The notes beneath the pieces are model-generated. The model was not told the origin of the DNA. It made no database searches and was given only the letters and a program-made list of their open reading frames with translations. From Octopus sinensis (lineage: Eukaryota), in contig NC_043015.1 in NCBI RefSeq assembly GCF_006345805.1, positions 49,228,001 to 49,292,000 of the forward strand: a stretch of DNA of 64,000 nt, written 5' to 3'. Below, one piece after another: positions 24,878 to 38,805 of the stretch. The position numbers were made by a program, and so were the translations under genes. Each line of letters begins with the position of its first letter. Within the stretch, counting starts at the first letter, position 1.

Positions 24878-25026
24878 GGCATTCCATTCCATCCTCAAGA
24901 ATAGAGTATGAGAAGATTACAAAAGGGAGATGAAGGATTCTGGTAATAGACAAGTGGTTTAAACAGAAATAGAGTTTGTAGCTGAGTCAGAATTAAAGAA
25001 TTAAGAGACATTTTTCTATGCCTTAC

Positions 25027-25092
25027 CTTCAAATAGTATTTGCCATGAAAGCCAATTATATCTTCCATTCCAGCCATTAAATGGTCTGACAC
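25027..25092 (-). CDS. SLC9A: NHE exon I (66 nt, phase 0-0): VSDHLMAGMEDIIGFHGKYYLK
   Basis: ttctacag acceptor, AAG|gtaagg donor. Matches the NHE1 CHP-binding region FLDHLLTGIEDICGHYG. Confidence 0.95.
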
Positions 25093-25872
25093 CTGTAGAA
25101 ACATGAACAAATCAGGAATAAGTTAACATGTAACACCTGGAAATGTTTAATCGGCTGGGAATAAATAAAGAATATTATAATTTTCTCTGTATTAAAAGAA
25201 GATGGGATTATTTTCATGGGATACACAACTAATATCTGAACCTTAATAGGCCCTGAAATATATACAGTCCACTCTGTAAAGTGGCTGGTGTTAGGAAGGG
25301 CCTCCAGCCATAGAAACCATGGCAAAACAGACCTTGCTGATGTTTGTGCCATGTAAAAAGCACCAGGTCCACTCTGTGAAGTGGTTGGTGTTAGGAAGGG
25401 CATCCAGCCATAGGAACCATGGCAAAACAGACCTTGCTGGGAGAGGTGCCATGTAAAAAGCACCAGATGCACTCCGTAAAGTGAATGGTGTTAGGAAGGG
25501 CATCCAGATGTGAAAACTGTGCCAAGGCAGACAGTGTAGCTTGGTGCAGTCCTCTGGGTTGCCAACTGCTGTCAAGCTGTCCAACCCATGCCAACATGGA
25601 AGATGGACATCAAATGATGATGATGATGATGATGATATATTTCAACAATTTGCTAAGGCGTAGTGATACTAATAAACTGGTGTTAGAACTCGATATACAT
25701 ATGCATAAGAGATAAGTGCTAGTTGAGTATAGAGTGTAATAAGAGACTACTACTAATCTACTACTACTACTGCCACAACCACCACCACCACTACCACCAA
25801 TGTGTGGTTGGGAATTGAACCTAACAGCTGTAAGGTTGTAACCTGAATACCCTAACCACTAAGTCACATGCA

Positions 25873-25921
<49 letters not shown>

Positions 25922-25984
25922 CATATATACACATATACATATCCATATATATATATATATATCCATATATACACATATACATAT

Positions 25985-26023
<39 letters not shown>

Positions 26024-26181
26024 TCCATCAGCCGAAATTGCGAGGATGATCCGGTTCTGAAGGCTTTGAATGTCCTGTCCGTGTTTTTGTATTGTCTTCT
26101 AAATGTTTTACGTTCTTGTCCGTTTGTATTTTCCTACATATAATATAATATATATATATATATATACACACACATACATAT

Positions 26182-26258
<77 letters not shown>

Positions 26259-27407
26259 CATACATATCCATATATATATAAATTTCCATATCTATCTATC
26301 TATATATGTGTGTGCATATAGATATGTACACACATGATGGAACTTCATTTTTGAGATAGAAAATGGATGGTAACTATGATAAATATACACACACGTACTC
26401 ACACACACACATATATATATATACACACACAGATATATATACACACACACATATATATATATACACATACACTATGGGCTTTCACAAAGATTTTGTCATA
26501 AGGTGTTTGTTAGCTTGGTGCTACAGTAGAAAACACTTGTCGAAGGTGCCATGCAGTGGGAGTGAACCTGGAACCACATGGTTGCCAAGTGAACTTCTTA
26601 ACCACACAAGCCATGTCTGTACACACACACACACACACACATCTATGAAATAAAATTTACCATTTAGTTGGAGAGTTCTTTGTTTAAATTGAGCAGTGGC
26701 TGTGTGGTAAGTAGCTTGCTTACCAACCACATAGTTCCGGTTCAGTCCCACTGTGTGGCAGGGCAAGTGTCTTCTACTATAGCCTCGGGCCAACCAAAGC
26801 CTTGTGAGAGGATTTGGTAGACGGAAACTGAAAGAAGCCCATCATATATATGTATATATATGTATAGATATGTGTTTGTGTGTCTGTGCTTGTCCCCCCC
26901 ACCAACATTGCTTGATAACCAATGCTGGTGTGTTAGTGTCCCCATAACTTAGCGGTTCAGCAAAAGAGACCAATAGAATAAGTACTAGGCTTACAAAGTC
27001 CTGGGGTTGATTTGCTCGACTAAAGGCGGTGCTCCAGTATGGCTTCAGTCAAATGACTGAAACAAGTAAAAGAGTAAAAAAAAAAAAGAGTAAAAAGAGC
27101 AAGGGGTGGGGTGAGTGAAATGCCTTATTGATGTTGGAAACAGTGAGGACGATGTGTACAGAGGCTGGTTTTGTCTTTGAAACCATTGTTTATTGTTACT
27201 GTGGGAGGTCTGAGAGATGGAGTGGAGATTGGGTGGAATGATCCGATAATTCATGTTACAAGCTGGAAAATAGGACATGGTGTGTGTTGTGTGTGTGCGT
27301 TTTTATGTGTACGAATGTATGTGTTTATGTATGTGTGTATATGTGTATACATGTGTGTTTATGTATGTGTGTCTGTGCATATGTGCATGTATATGTGTAT
27401 GTATGTA

Positions 27408-28415
27408 TTTGATATGCTGGAAATAGTAGCCAAGATCTCCCTCAAGTTGCGATTTTGCCTTGACTGCAGAAATAGCTCCATTGATACTAAAAAAAAACAC
27501 ACAAAACAAATATTTGAAAAATTCCTATGCACACAAGAGGGAGACTGGGAAAAATCTGTGGTCATTTGATATGCTGGAAATAGTAGCCAAGATCTCCCTC
27601 AAGTTGCGATTTTGCCTTGACTGCAGAAATAGCTCCATTGATACTAAAAAAAAACACAACAAAACAAATATTTGAAAAATTCCTATGCACACAAGAGGGA
27701 GACTGGGAAAAATCTGTGGTCATTTGATATGCTGGAAATAGTAGCCAAGATCTCCCTCAAGTTGCGATTTTGCCTTGACTGCAGAAATAGCTCCATTGAT
27801 ACTAAAAAAAAACACAACAAAACAAATATTTGAAAAATTCCTATGCACACAAGAGGGAGACTGGGAAAAATCTGTGGTCATTTGATATGCTGGAAATAGT
27901 AGCCAAGATCTCCCTCAAGTTGCGATTTTGCCTTGACTGCAGAAATAGCTCCATTGATACTAAAAAAAAACACAACAAAACAAATATTTGAAAAATTCCT
28001 ATGCACACAAGAGGAGACTGGGAAAAATCTGTGGTCATTTGATATGCTGGAAATAGTAGCCAAGATCTCCCTCAAGTTGCGATTTTGCCTTGACTGCAGA
28101 AATAGCTCCATTGATACTAAAAATAAAACACAACAAAACAAATATTTGAAAAATTACCATGCACACTAGAGGGAGACTGGGAAAAATCTGTGGTCATTTG
28201 ATATGCTGGAAATAGTAGCCAAGATCTCCCTCAAGTTGTGATTTTGCCTTGACTGCAGAAATAGCCCCATTGATACTAAAAAAAATCATAACAAAATAAA
28301 TATTTGAAAAATTCCTATGCACACAAGAGGGAGACTGGGAAAAATCTGTGGTCATTTGATATGCTGGAAATAGTAGCCAAGATCTCCCTCAAGTTGTGCC
28401 TATTGTCTTGACAAT
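27408..28415 (+). repeat. Homogeneous tandem array, unit about 158 bp, 6 full copies plus a partial
   Basis: gatatgctgg recurs at 27411, 27568, 27726, 27884, 28041, 28200 and 28358. Confidence 0.95.
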
Positions 28416-28519
28416 AGAAATAGTTTATATATGTGTGTATATGTGTGTATGTGTGTGTTGGTGATGAAGATCATGAATCCTTTGTGAGGTTTTTTAGGAT
28501 GTGCAAAGAACCCTGAACA

Positions 28520-30125
28520 TTTGAAACGACCACATAGATTCTTTTCCTAGTTTTCCTGTTGTGTGCATGGGAATTTAGAATATTTGTTTAACTGTGTTTT
28601 TGTGTCATTTTTTAGTATCAGGAAGATACTACTATTTTGAGGAAGATCTGACTACTATTTCTAACACGTCAAATGACCACACAGATTTTCCGAGTCTCCT
28701 TCTTGTATATATTGGAATTTCGAATATTTGTTTAGCTGTGTTTTTTGTGTCATTTATTAAAATCATGTGAGCTGTTTCTTTCAAAAGACAACAGGAGCAG
28801 CTGAAGAGAGATTTGGCTACTATTTCTAGCAAGTCAAATGACCACAGATTTTTCCAAGTCCTCCTGTTGTGTATATTGGAATTTAGAATATTCACTTGTG
28901 TTTTTTAGTATCATGTGAGCTGTTTCTGTAGTCAAAAGACAATAGGAGCAGCTTGTCAGAGATTTGGCTTCTATTTCTAGCATGTCCAAGGACCATATAG
29001 ATTTTCTGAGTTACCCTGTTGTACATATTGGAATGTTGAACATATTTAGGTTTTGTTTTTTAGTATCATGAGCTGTTAAAGGATCATAGGAGCAGCATGA
29101 GGGAGATTTGGCTACTATTTCTAGCATGTCAAATGATCACACAGATTTTCCGAGTTTTGTGCTGCGTGGAAATTTTTCAAATATTTGTTTAGTTGTGTTT
29201 TTGTGTTTTTTTTACTATCAATGGAGCTATTTCTGTTGTGAGGACAATAGGTGCAACTTGAGGGAGATTTTGGATACTATTTCCAGCATGTCAAATGACT
29301 ATAGATTTTTCCCAGTCTCCCTCTTGTGGTGCATGGGAATTTTTCAAATATTTGTTTAGTTGTGTTTTTGTGTTTTTTTTTAGTATCATAGGCACAGGAG
29401 TGGCTGTGTGGTAAGTAGCTTGCTTACCAACCACATGGTTCCGGGTTCAGTCCCACTGCGTGGCACCTCGAGCAAGTGTCTTCTACTATAGCCTTGGGCT
29501 GACCAAAGCCTTGTGAGTGGATATGGTAGACGGAAACTGAAAGAAGCCCGTCGTATATATGTATATATGTTTGTGTGTCTGTGTTTGTCCCCACAACATC
29601 GCTTGACAACCGATGCTGGTGTGTTTACATCCCCATAACTTAGTGGTTCGGCAAAGAAACCCGATAGAATAAGTACTAGGCTTCCAAAGAATAAGTCCTG
29701 GGGTTGATTTGCTCGACTAAAGGTGGTGCTCCAGCATGGCCACAGTCAAATGACTGAAACAAGTAAAAGAGTATCAATGGAGCTATTTCTGTTGTCAGGA
29801 CAATAGACACAACTTGAGGGAGATTTTGGCTACTATTTCCAGCATGTCAAATGACCACAGACTTTTCCCAGTCTCCCTCTTGTGTGCATGGGAATTTTTC
29901 AAATATTTGTTTTGTTGTGTTTTTGTGTTTTTTTTACTATCAATGAAGCTATTTCTGTAGTCAAGGCATTAAATGCGACTTGAGGGAGATTTTGGCTACT
30001 ATTTCCAGCATGTCAAATGACCACAGATTTTTTCCAGTCTCCCTGTTGTGTATATTGGAATGTCAAATATTTGTTTCATTCTGTCATAGTACGTTTTAGT
30101 ATCACATGAGCTATTTCTGTACTCA
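28520..30125 (-). repeat. Diverged array of the same 158-bp unit in inverted orientation, with a SINE inserted at 29392-29772
   Basis: Repeated tatttccagcatgtcaaatgaccacagatttt is the reverse complement of the left-array unit. The SINE is flanked by an agtatca duplication. Confidence 0.9.
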
Positions 30126-31372
30126 ATGTAGACTAGCTTAGTGAAATTTTGCTTCTAAACTAAACCAAGGACACTCCCCATTTCTTTTTCTATTTTGTTC
30201 GTCAACTACTTTAATTCTGACGAATTATTTGTACAGTGTAATTAGCAAAAAGGTGGTCTTCTTAAAATAGTTTGGTTGTACTTTACACCGAAATATCAAA
30301 TTCGGTCTGGTCTGTGTCAGTATTGTGAACAATGAAAATGAAATGATACTTTTGTGGAACAGAGAATCTTGAAGCAGCTAAAGCTATAAATAATAACATG
30401 TAAGCATGTTATGATAAGTATGTAAGGGTTAAAAGTCTCTTTGGATAGAAAAAGGTGAAGGATGGATGTAGGAATGAGTCCCTTACCTCTACCTATCTGT
30501 GTATTTATGTGTATGTATGTATGTATGTATGAATGAATGTATATACATGTATGTACGTATATACATGTGTGTATGTATGTATGAATGAATGTATATACAT
30601 GCATGTATGTATATACATGTGTGTATGTATGTATGTGTGTATGCATGCATGTATGTATGTATGTATGTATGTATGCATGTGTGTAGTGGAGGCATATGGC
30701 CTAGTGGTTAGAGCAGCAGACTCGTGGTCGAGGGATCGCGGGTTCAAATCTCAGACCGGGCGATGTGTGTGTTTATGAGCAAAAACACCTAAGCTCCATG
30801 CGGCTCCGGCAGAAGGTAATAACGAGCTTCTGCTGACTCTTTCGCCACAACTTTCTCTCACTCTTACCTCCTGCATCTTGCAGCTCACCTGCGACGGCCC
30901 AGCGTCCCGTCCAGGTGGGGAACCTATACGCCAAGGAAACCGGGAAACCGGCCCTTATGAGCCAGGTATGGCTCAAGAAGGAACAAACAATGTATGTGCG
31001 TATGTATGTATGTGTGTGTATGTATGTGTGTATGTGTGTATCAATCAATCAATCAGCCTGTCTGTCTGTCTATTGATACATCATATGGGGTCACAAAGGA
31101 CTGAGATACCTGGCGCCTGGATGTACTCAAGAAGATCTGTACTCTGCCACAGAAGTGTTAAAACTGATCCATCATGTGGTGTAAAGCATACGTTACAGTG
31201 TAAAAGTACCTGTGCAGCATTATGTAAAAGCACCCATGTGGCGCTATATAAAAGCACCCACGCGACACCTGAAAAAGTACCTGTGCAGTGTCACATAAAA
31301 GCACCTAAAAACAACAACAACAACATCGAAAAATACCTTAGGAATGAGAACCCAGGTTCGAAATTTCCCCAA

Positions 31373-31418
31373 GACACCTGAAGAAGGCTGGAGGGTATAT
31401 CAGCTGAAACGTTGTGTT
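31373..31418 (+). ncRNA. Minimal type I hammerhead in the tail of repeat family E
   Basis: GACAC-CTGAAGA-A-GGCTG(gagggtatat)CAGCT-GAAAC-GTT-GTGTT. Palindromic AACGTT stem III. Confidence 0.65.
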
Positions 31419-32137
31419 AACAACAAACAAGATGAGGACAAATATCCGTCAAATGTAAATAATGTAAATAATGCATAAATAATGTAAATAATAATGTAAA
31501 TAATGTAAGGAAGGGCATCCAGCCGTAGAAACACTGCCAGATCTGACTGGGCCTGATGAAGCCTTCAAGCTTCACAGACCCCAGTTGAACCATCCAACCC
31601 ATGCTAGCATGGAGAACGGACGCTAAATGATGATGATGATGATGATGATGAATGCATATAACAAAGAATTTAGTAAAATAACTTAGTTATCATTCAGCTA
31701 GTGTCAGGAACATAAATTGTGACTAATGGTTTGGTGGAAGAATTTAATTCAGAACTTTGGAAAACAAGACATTTGTACTACAGAGCCAGAGGTGGTTGGT
31801 ATCAGGCAGGTTGGTATCAAAAGGGTTAAATGATGATGATGATGATGAGAATGGTGATGGTGATGATGGTGATGATAATGATGACGATGATGGCTTACCT
31901 GATGATGAGTCATGTTCCATGTGACCTGCTTCTTGGAAACAGTTGCCCATGCTCACCCTAAAGCATGTGTCCCATACATTCTTTCTACCTGTCGAAACTT
32001 AACACCTGGTCGTTAGGCTTTCTCTAAACAAGCCCCTGGAAGTAGAGTAAGACAGTCCCTCGATGGGATGATCAACCAAAGAGCTGGCCCTACTGAGCTA
32101 TTGTAAAAGCATGTGGATATTTTACTGTGTTACTTAC

Positions 32138-32227
32138 GTTTTTAGTTAAGTAGACCAAACAGTTTAGGTTCTGGTTGGCTTGTAATGTAATTTTAAACAA
32201 TTTCACAAATGGTTTCACGGTCAAACC
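32138..32227 (-). CDS. SLC9A: NHE exon H (90 nt, phase 0-0): GLTVKPFVKLFKITLQANQNLNCLVYLTKN
   Basis: ttctttccag acceptor, AAC|gtaagt donor. Matches QG(M/L)TI(R/K)PLV at the end of the last transmembrane helix. Confidence 0.93.
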
Positions 32228-34042
32228 CTGGAAAGAAATGTTTAATTAAAATGATTAATTACATAATTACAGTCAAATAAAATATTGGTTTCAAGTTTTG
32301 GCACAAGGCCAGTAATTTCTGGGTAGGGGGTAGGTTGATTGTATCAACCCCGGTGCTCAGATGGTACTTATTTTATTGAACTCTGAAAGGATTAAAGGCT
32401 GAGTTGACCTCGGTGATATCTGAACTCAGAATGTAAAGGCAGATGATGAACCACTACGCATTTTGCCCGGTGTGCTAATGATTCCGTCAGCTTGCCACGT
32501 TACATTTAAATAAAATCATCATCATCATCATCATTGTTTAACGTCCGTTCTCCATGCTAGCATGGGTTGGACGGTTCGACCGGGGATCTGGGAAGCCAGA
32601 AGGCTGCACCAGGCTCCGGTCTTATCTGGCAATGTTTCTACAGCTGGATGCCCTTCCTAACGCCAACCACTCCGTGAGTGTAGTGGGTGCTTTTTACGTG
32701 CCACCTGCACTGGTGCCAGGCGAGGCGATTGGTGCATTTTACGTGCCACCTGCACGGAAGCCAGTCGAGGCGGCACTGGCTTCGACCAAATATTAATTAC
32801 ATTTAAAAGCACCATCCGAACATAGCCGATTCCAGTGCTGCCCTGACTGGCTTCCATCATGTAATTGATGGGCAGCCATATTGGTTCTGCCTCGCAAATG
32901 AATCCACAAGGTACTGATTGGCCTAGGGCTATAATAGAAGGTACTTGCCCAACGTACAGCACAATGTGAGTGAACCTGAAACCACCTTGTTGCAAAGCAC
33001 CAACCGATCATGGCTGTTGCCAGCCTCCTCTGGCCCCTGTGCCAATGGCACATAGAAAGTACCCACTACACTCATGGAGTGGTTGGCGTTAGGAAGGGCA
33101 TCCAGCTGTAGAAACACTGCCAGATCAAGATTGAAGCCTGGTGCAGCCATCTGGTTTGTTAGTCCTCAGTCAAATTGTCCAACCCATGCTAGCATGGAAA
33201 GCAGACATTAAACGATGATGATGATGATGATGATGATGACTATGTCATTCATACATTTAATTATGCTAACTCAAATTCAATCCACATAGAATACAGTTGA
33301 TGAAAACCTTGTAAACTAAAAGCCGTAGAAGACCATCAGATGTACACTTGTGTGAATATTGGTTTTAAACTTTCGCACAAGGCCAGCAATTCCAGGGGGT
33401 AGGGTGGGGGGAAATAATTGGCTTCCCAGACACAGTTCGAACGGTCCAACCCATGCTAGCATCGAAAACAGACGTTAAACGATGATGATGATGATTTAAA
33501 TACGATTACTGTGGAACCTCAGTTTATGAATTTAATTCATTCCTGAAGGCTGTTTGTCACCCGAAATATTTGTAAACCGAAACTATTTTTCCCATAGTAA
33601 GTTCAAGAGAAGGCATGGTAAATTCAAGCATGGATGTGGACTGAACAAAAAGCCAGACTGAAACTGATGATCTTCCTCTGATGCTCCCAGCATGTCACCA
33701 ACTGCTGTTGCCAGTTAGTGTGTTCGGTACTTGAGACAACATTCGTCACTCCAGATATTTTGTTTGAAAAATTGCTCTTAAATCAATTTGTTTGTGATGA
33801 GAGATGTTTGTAAAGTGATCTTCCACTGTCATTACATTTCCATCCAATCATCCATTTATTATCTTCATGTACTGTTCCTGGGAGGGTTGTGGCAGAAGTA
33901 CCATCAGGTACTTTCTTCGCACACATACATACATAAACATAGACATACATACATAAACATAAAAACACAACACACACACACACACACACATGTCCTATTT
34001 TCCAGCTTGTAACATGAATTATCAGATCACTACACCCAATCT

Positions 34043-34380
34043 GTGAAGGCGCATGGCTCAATGGTTAGAGCGTCGAGCTTACGATCGTGAGGTTGTGAGT
34101 TCGAATCCCGGATCGGGCTGCGTGTTGTGTTCTTGAGCAAGACACTTTATTTCACGTTGCTCCAGTTAACTCAGCTGTAGAAATGAGTTGCAACATCACG
34201 GGTGCCAAGCTGTATCGGCCCCTTCGCCTTCCTTTGGATAAAATCAGTGGCGTGGAGACGGGAGACTAGTATGCATGGGCAACTGCTGGTCATCCATAAA
34301 ACAACCTTGCCCGGACTTGTGCCTCGGAGGGTAACTTTCTAGGTGCAATCCCATGGTCAATTATGACCAAAGGGTGTCTC
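34043..34380 (+). mobile_element. SINE family D with TSD tacacccaatct
   Basis: Head ggctcaatggttagagcg...gagttcgaatcc. The flanking duplication splits an older repeat. Relatives at 44990-45300 and 51455-51660. Confidence 0.85.
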
Positions 34381-34915
34381 CTTCTCATACACCCAATCTC
34401 CACCCCTGCTCTCAGACCTCACAATAACAACAAGCAACCATCATTACACCTTCCTGCCAGATTCCCAAGTATGGCCAATTGAGATAATGGATATTATCTG
34501 TTGTGTCTGGGGAGAGTCATTTTCTTTTTGTGCCTTATAATGTAACACACTTGCCGGTAAAATTTCCACTTATTTCTTAGTTTTATTTTCCTAAAGTTTT
34601 CGTTGCGTCTTGCAACCTTTTCAATAGTCTTGGCTCTGTCCGTTATTTACACTGCGTTCCTTTTTGTTTGTTTGTGTGCATGTGTGTGGGTCAGTGTGTG
34701 TGTGTGTGTGTGTGTATGTGTGCGTATGCATGCATGCATGTATGTATGTATGCATGTTTGTATGTATGCATGTGTGTGTAACTGGTACTTAATTTATCGA
34801 CCTCGAAAGAATGAAAAGCAAAGTCGACCTCGGCGGAATTTGAACTCAGAATGTAATAACAGACGAAATACCTATTTCTTTATTACCCACAAGGGGCTAA
34901 ACATAGAGGGGACAA

Positions 34916-35383
34916 ATAATTTTTTTAAGCCTGGCACTCATTCTATTGATCTGTTAAGTTTTGCTGAACTGTTAAGTTACTGGATGTAAATACACCAATA
35001 CCCGTTGTCTAGTAGTGGTGGAAGACAAACTCAGATATAAAGACATACACACACGCGACGGGCTTCTTTCAGTCTCCATCTACCAAATCCACTAACAAGG
35101 TAGAAGACACCTACCCAAAGTGCCACACAGAGGGACTGAACCTATAACTGTGTGGTTGGGAAGCAAACTTCTCATCCATATAGCCATATGTCTGGGTCTA
35201 AACTATACCTGCACCTTTGTGTGTGTGTGTGTGTGTGCATGTGTGTGTGTGTACATCTTGCCTTGACATCATATGATGGTCGTAAACGAGTGTCACCATC
35301 ATACAAGCAGTGTTGTTCTTTTCCAATGTTCCATAAGAACACGTCTGGCCATAGAAGAAATATTAATATATTAATATTAGGAC
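34916..35383. repeat. Near-identical copy of 39353-39753 inserted within a SINE
   Basis: One substitution noticed plus a 67-bp indel. Junctions flanked by ggacaaat on both sides. Confidence 0.9.
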
Positions 35384-36386
35384 AAATGCTATGGGACATA
35401 GGTATTAAGTCGATTACATCGACCCCAGTGCGTAACTGGTACTTAATTTATCGACCCCGAAAGGATGAAAGGCAAAGTCAACCTTGGTGGAATTTGAACA
35501 CAGAATGTAATGACAGACGAAATACCACTAGGCACTTCGCCTGGTGTGCTAACGTTTCTATATTCTGCAAACTGAAGCGAATTCCTGCTATTTCTAGAGG
35601 CCAGATGTTCACCACTGACAATGGGCACAAATAGCCAGAAACTGTCCAGTCTGGTGATCCCTTTGTCTGTTAGAAGACGGTAGGGGCTCTTCCTGGGGTT
35701 AAAAGGAAATTTTTTTTTCTTTCAATACATTACAGTAAGAAGGGCAGAGCCTATAACTTTTTACAACCCTTCAGAGGCTATTGGCAGAAAGAGGAATTAT
35801 TTTCCCTCAAGGGACCTGACCCTAATATCTGTAACAAAGGGGACATCACTAAAGGAACCGAAAGCCAGGTAGGGGTCATAGGGTTAAATTGGGTAATAGA
35901 TGAAGTTTGTCATTCAAGGAATGGTTCCTTCAATGGGGAACATTCAGTTTTTCTCTTTGAAGTTTTATTCACAAGGTCAACATGACAGACTGTACAAGAA
36001 AACATTTGCCCAAAGCATTTTAATGAAGGGATGTGGCCTATGGTTAGGGTGTTGCACCCATGATCACAAGATAGTGGTTTCAATTCCTATACCAGGATTC
36101 AAAACAGACATATACAGACACAAACACATGAAGCAGACATACACATACTACACTAGTGTACACATGCATACATACACACATGCACATACATACACACACA
36201 TATACATACATACACACGCACACACACACACACACACATGCATACACTCACACACATGCATATGGACACACCGACATTACAGACACAAACATTTAAGTTA
36301 CATAACTATTCATTTGTGCTTGAAATTGTAGAAAGAAATACCTGAACAACCTGAATCGTGATCTCAATAAATAAATTATGATTTAC

Positions 36387-36515
36387 CTGGACCATAACGG
36401 TAAATATTATAATTGCTAGTGTTGTGGTCACAAATAACGACTTCGATGGAATCTCCACTTCGTTTAGCATCATTACCAAAGAGAAACACACTGCTCCCCT
36501 CAATCCACCATAACT
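36387..36515 (-). CDS. SLC9A: NHE exon G (129 nt, phase 0-0): SYGGLRGAVCFSLVMMLNEVEIPSKSLFVTTTLAIIIFTVMVQ
   Basis: Contains the diagnostic YGGLRGA motif. cttttccag acceptor, CAG|gtaaat donor. Confidence 0.97.
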
Positions 36516-36647
36516 CTGGAAAAGTCAGAATGAAAAACAAAGGGGAAAAGAGTCAGTTAATTTCATTACTGCAAAAATGAAAATACATACAATTACATTT
36601 AATATGATACTAGACACAAAACAATTAGAAAGAGAACACAGATTATA

Positions 36648-37197
36648 TTGGGTCGTCTGGAAAGTTCGTGCCGATTTTTAAAGGAAAGAAAAAAGGTCAA
36701 TAAATACTTGCCATTACATTTTTAATCAATCAAATATGAACCATTTTGTTGCACAATGCATCTCCATCTTTCCTTTAATTTGAAAATACCCTCTTCCCAG
36801 AACTGAGGTGGTTTCATGGCAAAAAATTCATCAAGGTATCTTTTTTTTACATCATCCAAGGAATTGAAATGTTTACCATTAAGACTATTCTGCAGAGACC
36901 TGAATAAGTGGAAATCCGAAGGAGCAATATCTGGTGAATATGGAGGGTGGGGTAACACATCCCAGCCGAGCTGCAGCAATTTTTGTCTGGTTCCCAAAGC
37001 ATTAAGGGTTACAGATGCTAAAGGATACAGAATTAACACAGGTTATAGGAACATAAACCTTCTTCCATGAAAAGATAGCTTAAACTGTGCTCTAAATGGA
37101 GGTGTAGTCAAATCCTATTTTGTGGACTCAACCATGTTCTAAAATAAGTCAAAAGGTAAGCTACTATAAATCAGCATGAACTTTGCGGACAACCCAA
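36648..37197 (-). mobile_element. Internally deleted mariner (550 bp) retaining both TIRs and the transposase C-terminus
   Basis: TA-flanked TIRs ttgggtcgtctggaaagttcgtgc / gcatgaactttgcggacaacccaa. ORF 36722-37039 reads WDVLPHPPYSPDIAPSDFHLFRSLQNSL. Confidence 0.9.
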
Positions 37198-37503
37198 TAT
37201 ATATATCAGAAGGATGTGTTATAATACTATTCCACATATACAAAAACAGCCATACCTACAATCCGATATATCTCCATCATCAGCTGCCCGACAGATATCA
37301 TAATAGTTTCAACACACACACATATATATGTACACACACACATAAAAACTCACACAAACATCATCATCATCATGATTTAAAATCCGTTTTCCATGCTAGC
37401 ATGGGTTGGATGATTTGACAGGGCTCCATTATCTGTTTGGGTATAGTTTCTACAGATAGATGCCATTTCTAACACGAACCACTTTATTGAGTGTGTGTGT
37501 GTA

Positions 37504-37736
37504 CAGGTTAGGCCAAAAGTCACCCGACAGTAAATCAAAATTCCATAAGTGCTATCTGTAATTCTGTATTGACTCGAATGGAAAAATGTGTTGCTCAAGA
37601 AGGACTTCAGTTTGAACAATTTTCGTGATGTTTCATATTCAGATGCTTTTATGAAATTCATTCAACTGTTCAGCATAAATAAATCTTGGAGTTAAATGGT
37701 TTTGATTTACTGTCAGGTGTCTTTTGGCCAACCCTG
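37504..37736. mobile_element. Tc1/mariner-type MITE
   Basis: About 30-bp TIRs caggttaggccaaaagtcacccgacagtaa / ttactgtcaggtgtcttttggccaaccctg with TA on both sides. Confidence 0.8.
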
Positions 37737-37785
<49 letters not shown>

Positions 37786-38180
37786 TCTTTTACTTGTTTC
37801 AGTCATTTGACTGCGGCAATGCTGGAGCACCACCTTTAGTCAAGCAAATCGACCCTGGGACTTATTCTTTGTAAGCCCAGTACTTATTCTATCGGTCTCT
37901 TTTTGCCGAACCGCTAAGTGACGGGGACGTAAACACACCAGCATCGGTTGTCAAGCAATGCTAGAGGGACAAACACACACATATACACACACACATACAT
38001 ATATATATATACATATATACGACAGGCTTCTTTCAGTTTCCGTCTACCAAATCCACTCACAAGGCTTTGGTTGGCCCGGGGCTATAGCAGAAGACACTTG
38101 TCCAAGATGCCACGCAGTGGGACTGAACCCGGAACCATGTGGTTGGTTAGCAAGCTACTTACCACACAGCCACTCCTGCA

Positions 38181-38239
<59 letters not shown>

Positions 38240-38590
38240 CCACACAGCCACTCCTATGCCTACATGTACATACACATACATTTTTATGCATGCATATGTA
38301 TATACATATACATACACACACACGCACACACATGCACACACACACACACACCCTTATCACAACAGGAAGTCGGAAAATATTTTGGTGTTATTTATTTTTG
38401 GTGTATTATTTTTTCCAACTTCCTGTTTTGATAAATGAGTACTCTGCTAAAAACAATATTTCCAGAATTCTCAACTCGAATGCGTACTTCACATCAATAC
38501 AACAACAACAACAACAATCACGTACTGGATTGTAATACCGGAGTAAGCAGACATGCTTCAAGAGGACACAGCTTGGATTTTCACCCTACC

Positions 38591-38629
<39 letters not shown>

Positions 38630-38805
38630 CAGGTATCTTTCAGTTTCCATCTACGAAATTCACTTCCAAGGCTTCGGTCACTTCGCCAAAGTGCTCTGCA
38701 GTTGGAGTGAAAACTGAACCCAAGACCACATGTTGACAAGCTAGCATCTTAACCACACATCCATGTTTGTACCACATGAAGAAAAACATGAAAAATTCAA
38801 AATAT

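Noticed and set aside
26030-26140. Unique-looking island between (TA)n tracts with a ctgaagg motif
   Set aside because: It may be a pseudo-LTR fragment, but no hammerhead fold or match within the window could be established.
27408-28415. Regular array that might suggest a CRISPR locus
   Set aside because: The units are contiguous 158-bp repeats with no unique spacers, the context is eukaryotic, and no cas genes are present.
31898-31960. CTGATGATGAG...GAAAC resembling a hammerhead; also a minus-strand donor-like caggtaagc
   Set aside because: No stem II closes at the core and stem I does not pair. The exon-like reading does not fit the NHE phase or homology, and exon H already fills this interval.
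34048-34120. tRNA-like cloverleaf starts (also 16228, 30690, 49860-49928)
   Set aside because: They continue into repeat bodies, recur as diverged copies and lack a proper acceptor stem, so they are SINE heads and not tRNA genes.
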